The position numbers and the translations under genes were made by a program. A DNA stretch of 64,000 bases from Alphaproteobacteria bacterium (lineage in GTDB: Bacteria; Pseudomonadota; Alphaproteobacteria; Rs-D84), in assembly GCA_017524525.1 (NCBI GenBank), contig JAFXVM010000009.1, forward strand, positions 3,421-67,420, written 5' to 3'. Of the stretch, positions 26,418 through 35,721 are shown one piece after another. Below the pieces are notes generated by a model. The model was not told the origin of the DNA and did no database searches. It worked only from the letters and a program-made list of their open reading frames with translations. Every line of letters begins with the position of its first letter. The first letter of the stretch is position 1.

Positions 26418-27383
26418 ATGGCTATTAAAGTTCGCGATTTTGAGGTTCGATTAACTCGCACCAAAGAAGAAAGAAAGATGGTGCGTCAATTGCGCTATGA
26501 AGTGTTCTGTTTAGAAGAAGGCGCTTCGGCAAGTGAAGAACAAAAAAACTTGGGCGAAGAATATGATGCATATGATACTTATGCTGATTATATGGCAGTT
26601 TTCCACAACAAACAGATTGTTGGGACTTATCGTATAATCGACAGAGATGCTGCTGAAAAAATGGGCGGTTTTTATACTGAAAAAGAATTTAATTTATCAA
26701 AAATTAAAAAAGTCAAAGGCAATATTGCTGAAATGTCGCGCGCTTGTGTAAAGGCTGAATATCGCGAAAATGGTTTGGTTATGCGACTGCTTTGGGTTGG
26801 GCTTTGCGAATATGTTGTAAAACGCAAGGTTTCTATTTTGTTTGGTGTGCCGTCTTTTGTTGGAACTAATCCTGCAAAATCTGCCCAGGCGTTATCTTAT
26901 CTTTATTACAACAGTTTGTCGCCATCTCATTTGCGCGCAACTGTGTTAAAAGAAAATCTGGACCCAAGCGTTGATCCACGCATGACACAGATGAATATTT
27001 TACCAGAAGTTTTTGTTGATGAAGCAGAAGCAAAAAAACAAATGACCCCTTTGATTAAGGGCTATTTGCGCCTGGGGGCAACTTTTGGTCGTGGTGTGTT
27101 TATTGATAAACCTTTTGGAACATACGATGTGTTTGTGTTGGTACAGACTAAAAATGTTGATAAAACTTATCAAAAACATTTTGCTGGGTCTGAAAATGCG
27201 TTCGATGATTTCGATATCAAAGAAGGACCTTTGCATATGTTGGGCAAAATTGTAATGTCGCCTATTACCGGCACAGCCAAGGCTATACGTGCGTTTGCTG
27301 AATTGTTTATGCGCGAAGATGCCGATGATATTGAATATATCGACAAAGAAAATACAGACGATGTGGAAAACGAGGACGAATAA
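26418..27383 (+). CDS. olsB: GNAT-fold N-acyltransferase, ornithine-lipid synthase OlsB-like
   Basis: The N-terminal pattern is RLTRTKEERKMVRQLRYEVFCLEEGA...D.YD.YADYMAV. It sits immediately upstream of an OlsA/PlsC-type acyltransferase, as in alphaproteobacterial olsBA. Confidence 0.65.
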   Translation: MAIKVRDFEVRLTRTKEERKMVRQLRYEVFCLEEGASASEEQKNLGEEYDAYDTYADYMAVFHNKQIVGTYRIIDRDAAEKMGGFYTEKEFNLSKIKKVKGNIAEMSRACVKAEYRENGLVMRLLWVGLCEYVVKRKVSILFGVPSFVGTNPAKSAQALSYLYYNSLSPSHLRATVLKENLDPSVDPRMTQMNILPEVFVDEAEAKKQMTPLIKGYLRLGATFGRGVFIDKPFGTYDVFVLVQTKNVDKTYQKHFAGSENAFDDFDIKEGPLHMLGKIVMSPITGTAKAIRAFAELFMREDADDIEYIDKENTDDVENEDE

Positions 27384-27385
27384 AA

Positions 27386-28195
27386 ATGCAAATTCGTAAA
27401 CCAAACGTTTTAATTATACCCATTAAATTTTTATGGTTCATGGTTGCGTGGTTTATGGTGCTGGTAAACGCATTGGTTCTTTGCTTTGTTCCCCAGGGAA
27501 AATATTCTGTGAAATATATGCGTTTCTTTATGCGCCAATTTAATTTTATGGCTGGCGTAAAGTTCAAAGTTAACGGCAAACTTTCCACAAAGCGCCCTTT
27601 GCTTTGCGTATGCAATCATATTTCTGTTTTTGAAATGGCAACTATGCCTGTGGCATTTGGTGGTTCGTTCTTTGGAAAAAAAGAAATATCTACTTGGCCA
27701 CTGGTTGGTTGGATTGCAAAAAAATTCGGTGTCATATTTATTGACAGACGGCCTTCGCATGCCAAGGAAGCTTTGGACGCTATCAAAAGCGAATTGGAGC
27801 GCGTAGATTATCCGTTATTCATTTTTCCCGAAGGAACAACAACTAATGGTGCTTATGTAAAACAATTCAAAAGTTCTATGTTTGATGTAGTGGAAAAAAC
27901 TGGCGCGGCTGTACAGCCTGTGGTTATACACTATCGTTTGAAAGACGGAACAAAAATAAGCGATGAAGATTTGGCAAATCATTTTGCTTACTTTGATAAT
28001 GCAAAACAAGATTGTGGCCCGTTCTGCAAAATTGAACGCAGCGCGTTTATGCAAGTCTTTCATATTATGACTTTGGGCGGTTTCTTGGTTGAAATTGATG
28101 TGTTGCCCGTTCCCGATTTATCGGGTATGGACAGAAAACAAATAGCAGATACACTGCATCAAATAATTTCAAAAGAATATATGAAAAATAAATAA
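27386..28195 (+). CDS. olsA: Lyso-ornithine lipid / 1-acyl-sn-glycerol-3-phosphate acyltransferase family (OlsA/PlsC-like)
   Basis: The acyltransferase motifs are CNHISVFE (HX4-acidic) and FPEGTTTNG. There is an N-terminal TM helix. It begins 2 nt after the olsB-like gene. Confidence 0.65.
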   Translation: MQIRKPNVLIIPIKFLWFMVAWFMVLVNALVLCFVPQGKYSVKYMRFFMRQFNFMAGVKFKVNGKLSTKRPLLCVCNHISVFEMATMPVAFGGSFFGKKEISTWPLVGWIAKKFGVIFIDRRPSHAKEALDAIKSELERVDYPLFIFPEGTTTNGAYVKQFKSSMFDVVEKTGAAVQPVVIHYRLKDGTKISDEDLANHFAYFDNAKQDCGPFCKIERSAFMQVFHIMTLGGFLVEIDVLPVPDLSGMDRKQIADTLHQIISKEYMKNK

Positions 28196-28222
28196 AATAT
28201 AATTAAGTAAAGAGTGATAAAA

Positions 28223-29659
28223 ATGAAAACAGCAATTACACCAACAAGAGAAGAGAATTTTAACGAATGGTATCAAAATTTAATTGTAGCCGCAGATTTA
28301 GCTGAAAATTCACCTGTGCGTGGGTGTATGACTATTAAACCTTATGGTTGGGCAATTTGGGAATTAATGCGTGACGAAATGGATAAACGCATCAAAGCAA
28401 ATGGCGTGTTAAATGCTAACTTTCCATTATTGATACCTATTAATTTCTTTAACAAAGAAGCAGAACATGTTGCGGGTTTCGCAAAAGAATGCGCAGTTGT
28501 TACACATCACAGATTAAAAATGATTGATGGTTCTTTGCAACCTGACCCAGATGCAAAATTAACAGAACCATACATTATTCGTCCAACCTCTGAAACAATT
28601 ATTGGCGAAGCGATGTCTCGTTGGGTTCAATCTCATCGTGATTTGCCTTTGAAATTAAATCAATGGGTAAATGTTATGCGTTGGGAAATGCGTCCAAGAT
28701 TATTTTTAAGAACGGCTGAATTCAATTGGCAAGAAGGTCATAATGTTTTTGCAACACATGAAGAAGCCAATGAAGATGCACGCAAAATGCATAAAATGTA
28801 TGCTGAATATATGGCAAATGTTTTGGCTATACCTGTTATCATGGGCGAAAAAACACCAGAAGAAAGATTTGCAGGTGCTGACCACACCTATACAGTTGAA
28901 CAAATCATGCAAGACGGCAAAGCCTTGCAAGCTGGGACTTCTCATGATTTGGGACAACATTTTGCTAAATCTTTTGACATAAAATATTTGGGCGATAATG
29001 GTAAATTAAATTATGGATGGACCACCAGTTGGGGAACATCTACGCGTATGATGGGTGGTTTATTTATGACACATTCTGATGATGATGGTTTGGTTTTACC
29101 ACCAGCAGTCGCACCTTATCAGGTTGTTATCATTCCAATTACACGTGATGAAAATGCCGACAAATTAAATTCTTATGCACACGAAATTGGCGATAAATTA
29201 CACAGCGTTGGAATTCGCGTATTTGTTGATGATTCTGATATGCGAAGCTCTGACAAAATGTGGAAATGGATTAAACGCGGTGCACCATTACGTGTTGAAA
29301 TTGGTGAAAGAGAAATGAACGACGACACTTTGACTGTGACTCGTCGTGATTTGGGCAAATCATCCAAAGCAACTGTATCAGTTGAACATTTCATCAATGA
29401 CGTCCAAAACATGTTAGAAGCCATGCAACATGATATGTTGGCTGCTGTTGAAAAACGTAATAAAACAATGATCACAGAAGTTTCCAGTTTGGCAGAATTA
29501 GAATCTGCTTTGGAATCTGGTAAGATTGGATTTTTCCGTATTAAATACGATTTAACAACAAACGCAGAATTTGATAGTTTGATTGAAAAATACAAAATCA
29601 GCAGACGTTGTCTGGACGACAAAGACCCGACATATGTCTTTGTTGCAAAATCATATTAA
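28223..29659 (+). CDS. proS: Prolyl-tRNA synthetase, archaeal/eukaryote-like architecture (no INS editing domain)
   Basis: The N-terminus is REENFNEWYQNLIVAADLAENSPVRGCMTIKPYGWAIWE. Class II motifs are present. It is about 478 aa, and the C-terminal extension ends in ...VFVAKSY with the conserved terminal Tyr. Confidence 0.9.
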   Translation: MKTAITPTREENFNEWYQNLIVAADLAENSPVRGCMTIKPYGWAIWELMRDEMDKRIKANGVLNANFPLLIPINFFNKEAEHVAGFAKECAVVTHHRLKMIDGSLQPDPDAKLTEPYIIRPTSETIIGEAMSRWVQSHRDLPLKLNQWVNVMRWEMRPRLFLRTAEFNWQEGHNVFATHEEANEDARKMHKMYAEYMANVLAIPVIMGEKTPEERFAGADHTYTVEQIMQDGKALQAGTSHDLGQHFAKSFDIKYLGDNGKLNYGWTTSWGTSTRMMGGLFMTHSDDDGLVLPPAVAPYQVVIIPITRDENADKLNSYAHEIGDKLHSVGIRVFVDDSDMRSSDKMWKWIKRGAPLRVEIGEREMNDDTLTVTRRDLGKSSKATVSVEHFINDVQNMLEAMQHDMLAAVEKRNKTMITEVSSLAELESALESGKIGFFRIKYDLTTNAEFDSLIEKYKISRRCLDDKDPTYVFVAKSY

Positions 29660-29696
29660 TCCGTCTTTGCTGACGCAAAGCCACGATAAAAACAAC

Positions 29697-29722
29697 CACC
29701 GCCGTTATGGCGGTGATTTTTT
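29697..29722 (+). terminator. Rho-independent terminator after proS
   Basis: Hairpin caccgcc-gttat-ggcggtg is followed by atttttt. Confidence 0.7.
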
Positions 29723-30473
29723 ATTTCTTACATGACATTATAATATTATCTGTGATTGTTTGTTCTGTTGCACCACGGGAATTTAATATTATCGTATTTT
29801 TTCCGCCCATTAAAAAGCACAATGGTTCAAATGTTCCCGCTATTACTGACAAAGATTTGAATATTGCATTGCCTGTGTTGATATTATCTACAACAATAAT
29901 GTCTGCGATTTCACCGTTAAGGTGTTTTTCCGCACGAACATTTTTATCCAGCGCAACATCCAATTGTTCCAAGCGCAATGTATTTTTTGGAAATTCATTT
30001 ATATGCTTTGAAAACCAAGAATACAAAACCGGTGCCATTTTTGTATTCGTATCACCACCTGCTGATATTAATGATATAAATGGTGGACGAGATACGCCAT
30101 AAACACGATTAAACAAAACAACCGCGTTTTGAACAATATGTGTCAATTGGGTTTCGTCAGGAAAAGGCACACATGCCGCGTCTGTTAAAATAAATGGTGG
30201 ACGCTTTCCCGTTGTATCCTTAAACACGCCACAATGAGTTAAATAAAATTTTTCACCATTAAATAGTTTTTTATTAATTGCGATTATATGTCTTAAAAAA
30301 TCATCGCTGTGAATATCACACTTCATCAAAATTAATTCTTCATCAGTTTTTGGCAATTCATCATCATCTGGTGCTGGTTCCCAACCGATAATATCAGGAC
30401 ATTTTCGCATAGCGGTTTCGATGGCATTTTTATATTTATCGCTGACATTTCCAAAACACAAAATTTTTTTCAT
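29721..30473 (-). CDS. Phosphate acetyl/butyryl-transferase (PTA_PTB) family protein, short form
   Basis: ILTDAACVPFPD..., ADIIVVDNINTGNAIFKSL and GGKNTIILNSRG resemble PTA/PTB C-terminal blocks. At 250 aa it is shorter than typical members. Confidence 0.5.
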   Translation of the reverse strand: MKKILCFGNVSDKYKNAIETAMRKCPDIIGWEPAPDDDELPKTDEELILMKCDIHSDDFLRHIIAINKKLFNGEKFYLTHCGVFKDTTGKRPPFILTDAACVPFPDETQLTHIVQNAVVLFNRVYGVSRPPFISLISAGGDTNTKMAPVLYSWFSKHINEFPKNTLRLEQLDVALDKNVRAEKHLNGEIADIIVVDNINTGNAIFKSLSVIAGTFEPLCFLMGGKNTIILNSRGATEQTITDNIIMSCKK

Positions 30474-30576
30474 CTTTTTATTCCCTTTTCGCTTTGCCGA
30501 ATATTAGCAAAATATAAATATTTTTATCAAATACTTTTTTGTGATATAATTATTATAACTTTGGTAGGAGTTTTTT

Positions 30577-31506
30577 ATGAAGATAGCAATTATTGGTGTT
30601 GGCTCTGTTGGAAGTGCTGTTGCAACAGCCGTTAAAAACACAGGTTTGGCGCACGAAATAGTTTTATTCGATCGCGATGGTGTTCGCGCACGCGCTGCAG
30701 CAGAAGATTTAGGACATGCTTCTGCTTTTTCTTATGATGTAAAAATTACTGCGGTCAGTACTTATCGCGCTATCCGTGGAAGCGAGATAGTAATTATTGC
30801 CGCAGGTGCAAATCAAAAAGTTGGCGAAACACGAACTGATTTATTACAAAAAAACGCTGCTGTGATAAGCGATATTGTGCCGCAAGTTATGGCTAATGTA
30901 GATGCAAAAAATGTAAAGATTATTGTTGTCACTAATCCTTTGGATGTTATGGTTATGTTGGCACAAAAGTTATCTAAACTGCCAACAAATCGCGTTATAG
31001 GAACTGGGACAATGCTGGATTCAGCACGATTCAAGATTATTTTATCTCGCCAGTTAGATGTGTCTGCACGGTCTATCAGTTCTTATGTATTGGGCGAACA
31101 TGGTGATTCTTCGGTTATAAATTGGTCTGCGGTTTATGTAGGCGGAATCGCTTTAGATGATTTTTGCAAACAGACAAAAATTTCTTTGCCACAAACCACA
31201 CGCAATACTATTGAACATCGTGTCCGTAATGCCGCTTATGAAATCATTCAAGGACGCGGTGCAACTTGGGATGGTATCGGCGCCGCAGTCGCAGATTTAT
31301 TACATGCGATAGTCAACGATGAAAAACGTATATTAACTGTGTCTGTGGTTGATGGCGTTGGAAAAACGGCTGTCGCTATGTCTATGCCACGCGTTGTTGG
31401 CGCAAAGGGTGTAAGCGCAAATTTACGCACAAAAATGAATTCAACAGAATCAAATGCACTTCGCAAAAGCGCCAGAATTATAAGAAAAAATTTCGATTTA
31501 TTGTAA
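30577..31506 (+). CDS. ldh: L-lactate dehydrogenase (LDH/MDH superfamily)
   Basis: The Rossmann motif is MKIAIIGVGSVGSAVA. GANQKVGETRTDLL carries Gln at the LDH/MDH discriminator position. VTNPLDV, IGTGTMLDSARF and LGEHGDS are also present. Confidence 0.8.
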   Translation: MKIAIIGVGSVGSAVATAVKNTGLAHEIVLFDRDGVRARAAAEDLGHASAFSYDVKITAVSTYRAIRGSEIVIIAAGANQKVGETRTDLLQKNAAVISDIVPQVMANVDAKNVKIIVVTNPLDVMVMLAQKLSKLPTNRVIGTGTMLDSARFKIILSRQLDVSARSISSYVLGEHGDSSVINWSAVYVGGIALDDFCKQTKISLPQTTRNTIEHRVRNAAYEIIQGRGATWDGIGAAVADLLHAIVNDEKRILTVSVVDGVGKTAVAMSMPRVVGAKGVSANLRTKMNSTESNALRKSARIIRKNFDLL

Positions 31507-31577
31507 AAGAAATCAATCTTATAGTCTTTAAAATTTCTCGTGTTATATTTTTTATTAGATACAGCACGAGTTTTTTT

Positions 31578-31883
31578 ATGAACAGACAAGATATAACTTT
31601 TAAAATTGGAGACAACGGCTGTCGATTATACGCTATATGCAACGGCAAAACAATCGGCAACATATTTTTTGTGCGCGCCGGTCCTGACAAAATTATTATT
31701 TCCGAAGCAGAAATAGAACCAAATCAACATGCAAAAGATATCGAATTTTATCTGGTTCAAGAAATAATAAATATGGCGCGTGAACAACACCGCAAAATTA
31801 TGTCTTTGTGTCCGTATATTTCCGAAATTTTTACTCACCACCCAGAATTTGATGATGTCCGCCTGTTGAACAAGGCCAGATAA
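31578..31883 (+). CDS. Small GNAT-like acetyltransferase (YjdJ/Acetyltransf_CG type)
   Basis: 101 aa. The C-terminal IMSLCPYISEIFTHHPEFDD matches the CP(F/Y)...HPE signature of this family. Confidence 0.55.
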   Translation: MNRQDITFKIGDNGCRLYAICNGKTIGNIFFVRAGPDKIIISEAEIEPNQHAKDIEFYLVQEIINMAREQHRKIMSLCPYISEIFTHHPEFDDVRLLNKAR

Positions 31884-31890
31884 AAAGTAC

Positions 31891-31917
31891 CGCCACAGAT
31901 TTTTCGTCTGTGGCGGG
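31891..31917. terminator. Hairpin terminator shared by convergent genes
   Basis: ccgccacaga-tttttcg-tctgtggcgg is a 10-bp stem. A T-run follows it on the minus strand. Confidence 0.55.
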
Positions 31918-31948
31918 GCTCCCTTCCTTCCGTTACACGGAAACTGTT

Positions 31949-32284
31949 TTACGCAGCCATACGATTTGCTGATTTTCCATCCGTACTTTCTGCGTCCATA
32001 ATTTTCTTTGCTTCGGCAAAAACCATTTCTTTGACACGTAATGCCAAATCAGCGGTTTCCAAGCTTTCAGCAGGAACATCAAAATTATCTGTCCTTATTT
32101 GAAGTGAAACATACGCACCAATCAACGCAGGACGAGACAAATCTTCAATAGAACGAGGCGCATTATTTTTTCCAATATGCAATTCATCGCTTAATGATAC
32201 GATTTGACGGTCTGCATTAACCCATACAGTCGTAGTCAACACTTTATTAAGGGCAATCATAATTTCTTTTATATTTTTCGGCAT
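31949..32284 (-). CDS. Hypothetical 111-aa protein
   Basis: Clean ORF followed by a terminator. No motif recognised. Confidence 0.5.
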   Translation of the reverse strand: MPKNIKEIMIALNKVLTTTVWVNADRQIVSLSDELHIGKNNAPRSIEDLSRPALIGAYVSLQIRTDNFDVPAESLETADLALRVKEMVFAEAKKIMDAESTDGKSANRMAA

Positions 32285-32390
32285 GTGGTATTCCCCCCTT
32301 TATACATGTTTTTTGTAAGAAAAAAACTAATTTTTTTGTATTTACTGATGTATTTACAAAAAACTTTTTTAATTTCCTTCCGTTTTTTTA

Positions 32391-32426
32391 TTTTTTCCAG
32401 ATTTCTGGTTTTTTCCAGATTTCTGG
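32391..32426. repeat. Perfect tandem duplication of an 18-bp unit containing a palindrome (candidate operator)
   Basis: ttttttccagatttctgg occurs twice back to back (32391-32408 and 32409-32426). Each unit contains ccaga-tt-tctgg. It lies in the divergent spacer upstream of mraZ. Confidence 0.8.
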
Positions 32427-32654
32427 GGCTTTCTATCGACCTTCCCGTTGTCTATACAAGCATCTTAGAACAAAAACGATTCGTTGGTCAAGCACAAAAT
32501 TTAATTATTTTCATTTTATTTTAAAAAAAACCAATTTTACTTATAAAACCACAAAATACCATAAAATAACTATAGTTTGTCATTGACAACCATAAAAATA
32601 AATGCTACGTTCCTCTTTGAAGAACCAAAAGTCAGCATAAAAAGGCACAAAAAA

Positions 32655-33104
32655 ATGGGTCTATTTCTTTCTTCTTATGAAAATCGTTTGGATACGAAAG
32701 GTCGAATTTCTGTGCCTGCTGCTTTTCGTTCTTCATTAATGAATGAAAATTTTTCTGGGGTTGTTCTTTATCGTTCTTTCACACATAACTGCATCGAAGG
32801 TTTATCTATGTCACGCATGGAAAAAATCGCCAATGCTACCGATAAAATGGGTGTATTTGATAACGATTTGGACGATTTAAGCGCCTTGCTTTTTGCAGAC
32901 GCTCGTCCACTTTTGTTTGATGTGACGGGTCGCATTGTTATTCCAGAAGAATTATTAAAACACGCCAATATCAAAGATAGCGCGCTTTTCGTTGGTCGCG
33001 GAAACAGTTTTCAAATCTGGAATCCAGACGATTTCGCAAAGGTTCAACAAACATCTATGTCAAATCTTCGAAAGATGCGTCCAAATTTAAAAATCGCTGA
33101 ATAA
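32655..33104 (+). CDS. mraZ: Transcriptional regulator MraZ
   Basis: Starting from the internal ATG, MGLFLSSYENRLDTKGRISVPAAFR and a second ...VTGRIVIPEELLKHA half give the duplicated SpoVT/AbrB-like MraZ pattern (150 aa). Confidence 0.85.
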   Translation: MGLFLSSYENRLDTKGRISVPAAFRSSLMNENFSGVVLYRSFTHNCIEGLSMSRMEKIANATDKMGVFDNDLDDLSALLFADARPLLFDVTGRIVIPEELLKHANIKDSALFVGRGNSFQIWNPDDFAKVQQTSMSNLRKMRPNLKIAE

Positions 33105-33176
33105 ATTATTGTTTTTTATGCTTGTCAAATCTCCCATATTATGATAAAATTATCTAATAAGGAAGGATGTCTACCC

Positions 33177-35708
33177 ATGAAAAGATTTATAACAGTTTTA
33201 AGTAGTTTGTTAGTTTTACCTGCTTTTGCAGAGGTTGCGCCGGTATATTACGACGAACCAATTGAATATACTGACGATGTAATCAACGACGAAGATGTCG
33301 TCCAAGAAGAAGAAAAGTCAGGTTCAACAACAAAACCGAACGTTGTTCAAAGGGCAACTGCCAATCGTACTTCGGCTGTTTCGCGTGCAAAAACGTCTAC
33401 GAATGCCGCAACGCGCGCAAACACATCTTCGCGTGCGGTTGCTTCATCCAGGGGCGGTGCAACTGCTGCACGTACAACTGCTGCACGTACAACTGCGTCC
33501 AGAACTGCAAAGACAAACAAAGTTGTCAACAGATCACGCACAGGAGCCGCTTCACGCGCAACGGTTATTTCGCGTAATACTCAATCTGCAAAACCTGTGA
33601 CAGCACGCGTGGGAACGGCACAAAATTCTGTTATGCCAGGCAACAGAACCGCCAACACATCAAGTACATCAACCTTGACTGACAGCGGAAAAAGTTTATA
33701 CAATCCTACAAATGGTTATTCTCGTGTTGGGGTTGGTAATCGTCGTTCAACCGCTCGTTTATCTGCGACAATTGCGGCACCATCAACTGTTGTCACCCAA
33801 GAAGAAGTTACTGCAACTGCTGATAATTTAAACGCATTAACGGAATTGACCGATTATTGCAAGGCTCAATATGCTGCATGTATGGATAATTATTGTAATG
33901 TTCTGGACGATAATCAGGGCAGATGTTCTTGTTCCAAGAATTTGAAAAATTACGCAAAAACAGAAGCCACTCTTGCCCAGGCAACCGAAGAATTCCAAGA
34001 AGTAGTTCAAAAAATTAGATACATTGGATTGACCGGACAACAAGTAGAATCATTATTTGCAGAAACAGAAGCAGAACTTTCTATGAAATCTAATTCTGAT
34101 TCTTCTAGATTAAAGAGCAGTTTGGATGCTATCAAGAAAAAGATTGTTGATGTTTCTTCACCGAATGCTGCGTCGACGTCCGCGACAAACGGTTTATCGT
34201 GGGATTTATCAGGTTTATTGGATGCAGATTTTACCGCTGGGTTTGATTTAGGTTCATTTTTGGGTGTGACAAGTACGAACACATCAAGTGTATCTAATCA
34301 ACGCGGTGAACAGTTATACAAAACAGCAACCAATCGTTGCAAGACAAATGTGTTAAATTCTTGCGTGGCACAGGGTATCGATGCAAACGTTATTACTAAT
34401 TCTTATGATTTAGAAATAGATAAACAATGTGTTGCATACGAACGCAGCCTTAACGAAGCCAACCAAGAAATGAGAAACAATGTATTTAATGCTTCGAATA
34501 TTTTGCAACAGGCTCGTTTGATGCTGGCACAAAACAGAAATTCTTATGATTTGCGTGGATGTGTGGCTGCGATTGATGCTTGTATGCAAGATGAATATGT
34601 TTGCGGTTCCGATTACGAACAATGTTTGGATCCAACTGGAAAATATTTGGCAAATGGCGAAGTTGTAAAAGGTGGAACACCTGGGGTTTCGGGGGGACAA
34701 ACACGTATCGCGTCATCAAATACGAATGATTCTATCAATCCTATACCAAGTACTGAACAATTTGAAGAATGGGTCAGCGGTGGTATGTTTAATTTGTATT
34801 CAACCTGGGATTATACGAACAATGATTTAGGCGGTATAGGTAACGCATGGAGCGCAGGTCCAAAAGAAAATTTGGGTGATTATATTGATTACCATTTAGG
34901 ACAATGGAAAAGCAACTATACAAAATACAAAGATTCAACCAAGACAACTGATATGGCGACATATTTATTGCAAAAGATTGGTTATATTGACAGTGATGAC
35001 AAAGTTCATGGTATGTGTGCATCTGCGATGAAACAATGCCAAGATTATACTTTTGACACAAACAAGAACAATAAAAAATACATTCCTGATAACGAAGTTG
35101 TTCGTCAATATTTGAATTCTACATTGGCAAAAATCAAGGTAAAACAGGATACCATTATCGCTGATTATGCCGAAGGATGCCGTGCAGATGTTCAATCTTG
35201 TTTGTCCACAAACGGTTATGATGAAACAGCACCAGATACAACAGCGTCAAAAACCGCTGTGAATGCTTGTGCTGCTGAAATCACAACATGTATGTCTGTG
35301 GGTGGATACCAAGTCAGTGATGGTGTGAAATTAACTTTGCGCGCAATGACAGATTGGGTCGCAAGTATGTTGGTAAATTGCCCAACAAATCATTATCTGG
35401 CGGATAATGGAGTAGGAACATATAATGTATCATCACAAGAGATAACACGCGTGTCGTGTATGCCATGTCAACGTATGCAGGTATTTGCCTTGGTTGATGG
35501 TGTATATGAATCAACCTACTCTTATACAGCCAACTCTGCTACATCAGCAGGCGGTCAGGTGACGAGATGTACATGCCCAAGCGGGTTCTCTGATTACGTA
35601 GAAAACGGTAATTTAATGGGTTGTATACGAACAACGGCAACAACGGACGATATGGTACAACCAGAACAAACACAAACACCGGTGGAGGAGCCAGACGACG
35701 ATAACTAA
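33177..35708 (+). CDS. Large secreted Cys-rich protein with a basic Ala/Arg/Thr/Ser-rich low-complexity region
   Basis: Signal peptide is MKRFITVLSSLLVLPAFA, followed by an acidic stretch. The basic region is TANRTSAVSRAKTS...AARTTAARTTASRTAKTNK. A roughly 600-aa region follows with many spaced Cys (for example CKAQYAACMDNYCNVLDDNQGRCSCS). The C-terminus is acidic. Confidence 0.8.
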   Translation: MKRFITVLSSLLVLPAFAEVAPVYYDEPIEYTDDVINDEDVVQEEEKSGSTTKPNVVQRATANRTSAVSRAKTSTNAATRANTSSRAVASSRGGATAARTTAARTTASRTAKTNKVVNRSRTGAASRATVISRNTQSAKPVTARVGTAQNSVMPGNRTANTSSTSTLTDSGKSLYNPTNGYSRVGVGNRRSTARLSATIAAPSTVVTQEEVTATADNLNALTELTDYCKAQYAACMDNYCNVLDDNQGRCSCSKNLKNYAKTEATLAQATEEFQEVVQKIRYIGLTGQQVESLFAETEAELSMKSNSDSSRLKSSLDAIKKKIVDVSSPNAASTSATNGLSWDLSGLLDADFTAGFDLGSFLGVTSTNTSSVSNQRGEQLYKTATNRCKTNVLNSCVAQGIDANVITNSYDLEIDKQCVAYERSLNEANQEMRNNVFNASNILQQARLMLAQNRNSYDLRGCVAAIDACMQDEYVCGSDYEQCLDPTGKYLANGEVVKGGTPGVSGGQTRIASSNTNDSINPIPSTEQFEEWVSGGMFNLYSTWDYTNNDLGGIGNAWSAGPKENLGDYIDYHLGQWKSNYTKYKDSTKTTDMATYLLQKIGYIDSDDKVHGMCASAMKQCQDYTFDTNKNNKKYIPDNEVVRQYLNSTLAKIKVKQDTIIADYAEGCRADVQSCLSTNGYDETAPDTTASKTAVNACAAEITTCMSVGGYQVSDGVKLTLRAMTDWVASMLVNCPTNHYLADNGVGTYNVSSQEITRVSCMPCQRMQVFALVDGVYESTYSYTANSATSAGGQVTRCTCPSGFSDYVENGNLMGCIRTTATTDDMVQPEQTQTPVEEPDDDN
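33461..33505 (+). repeat. 15-bp in-frame tandem repeat (two full copies plus a degenerate third) encoding TAART
   Basis: aactgctgcacgtac occurs at 33461-33475 and 33476-33490. A degenerate third copy, aactgcgtccagaac, follows. Confidence 0.7.
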
Positions 35709-35721
35709 TAAAAATAAAAAA

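Noticed and set aside
29707-30102. 131-aa plus-strand ORF after proS
   Set aside because: It starts inside the proS terminator and is wholly antisense to the PTA_PTB-like gene, which has recognisable family motifs. It is a shadow ORF.
31545-31577. Hairpin ctcgtg…cacgag followed by T7 between ldh and the GNAT gene as a terminator
   Set aside because: The stem is only 6 bp with a 20-plus-nt AT-rich loop, and the T-run runs directly into the next gene's ATG. It is too weak to call.
33295-33600. Alternative-frame ORFs (101 aa on the plus strand, 64 aa on the minus strand) inside the large secreted protein gene
   Set aside because: They are caused by the GC-rich Ala/Arg/Thr codon repeats. They are nested in a long ORF that has a signal peptide.
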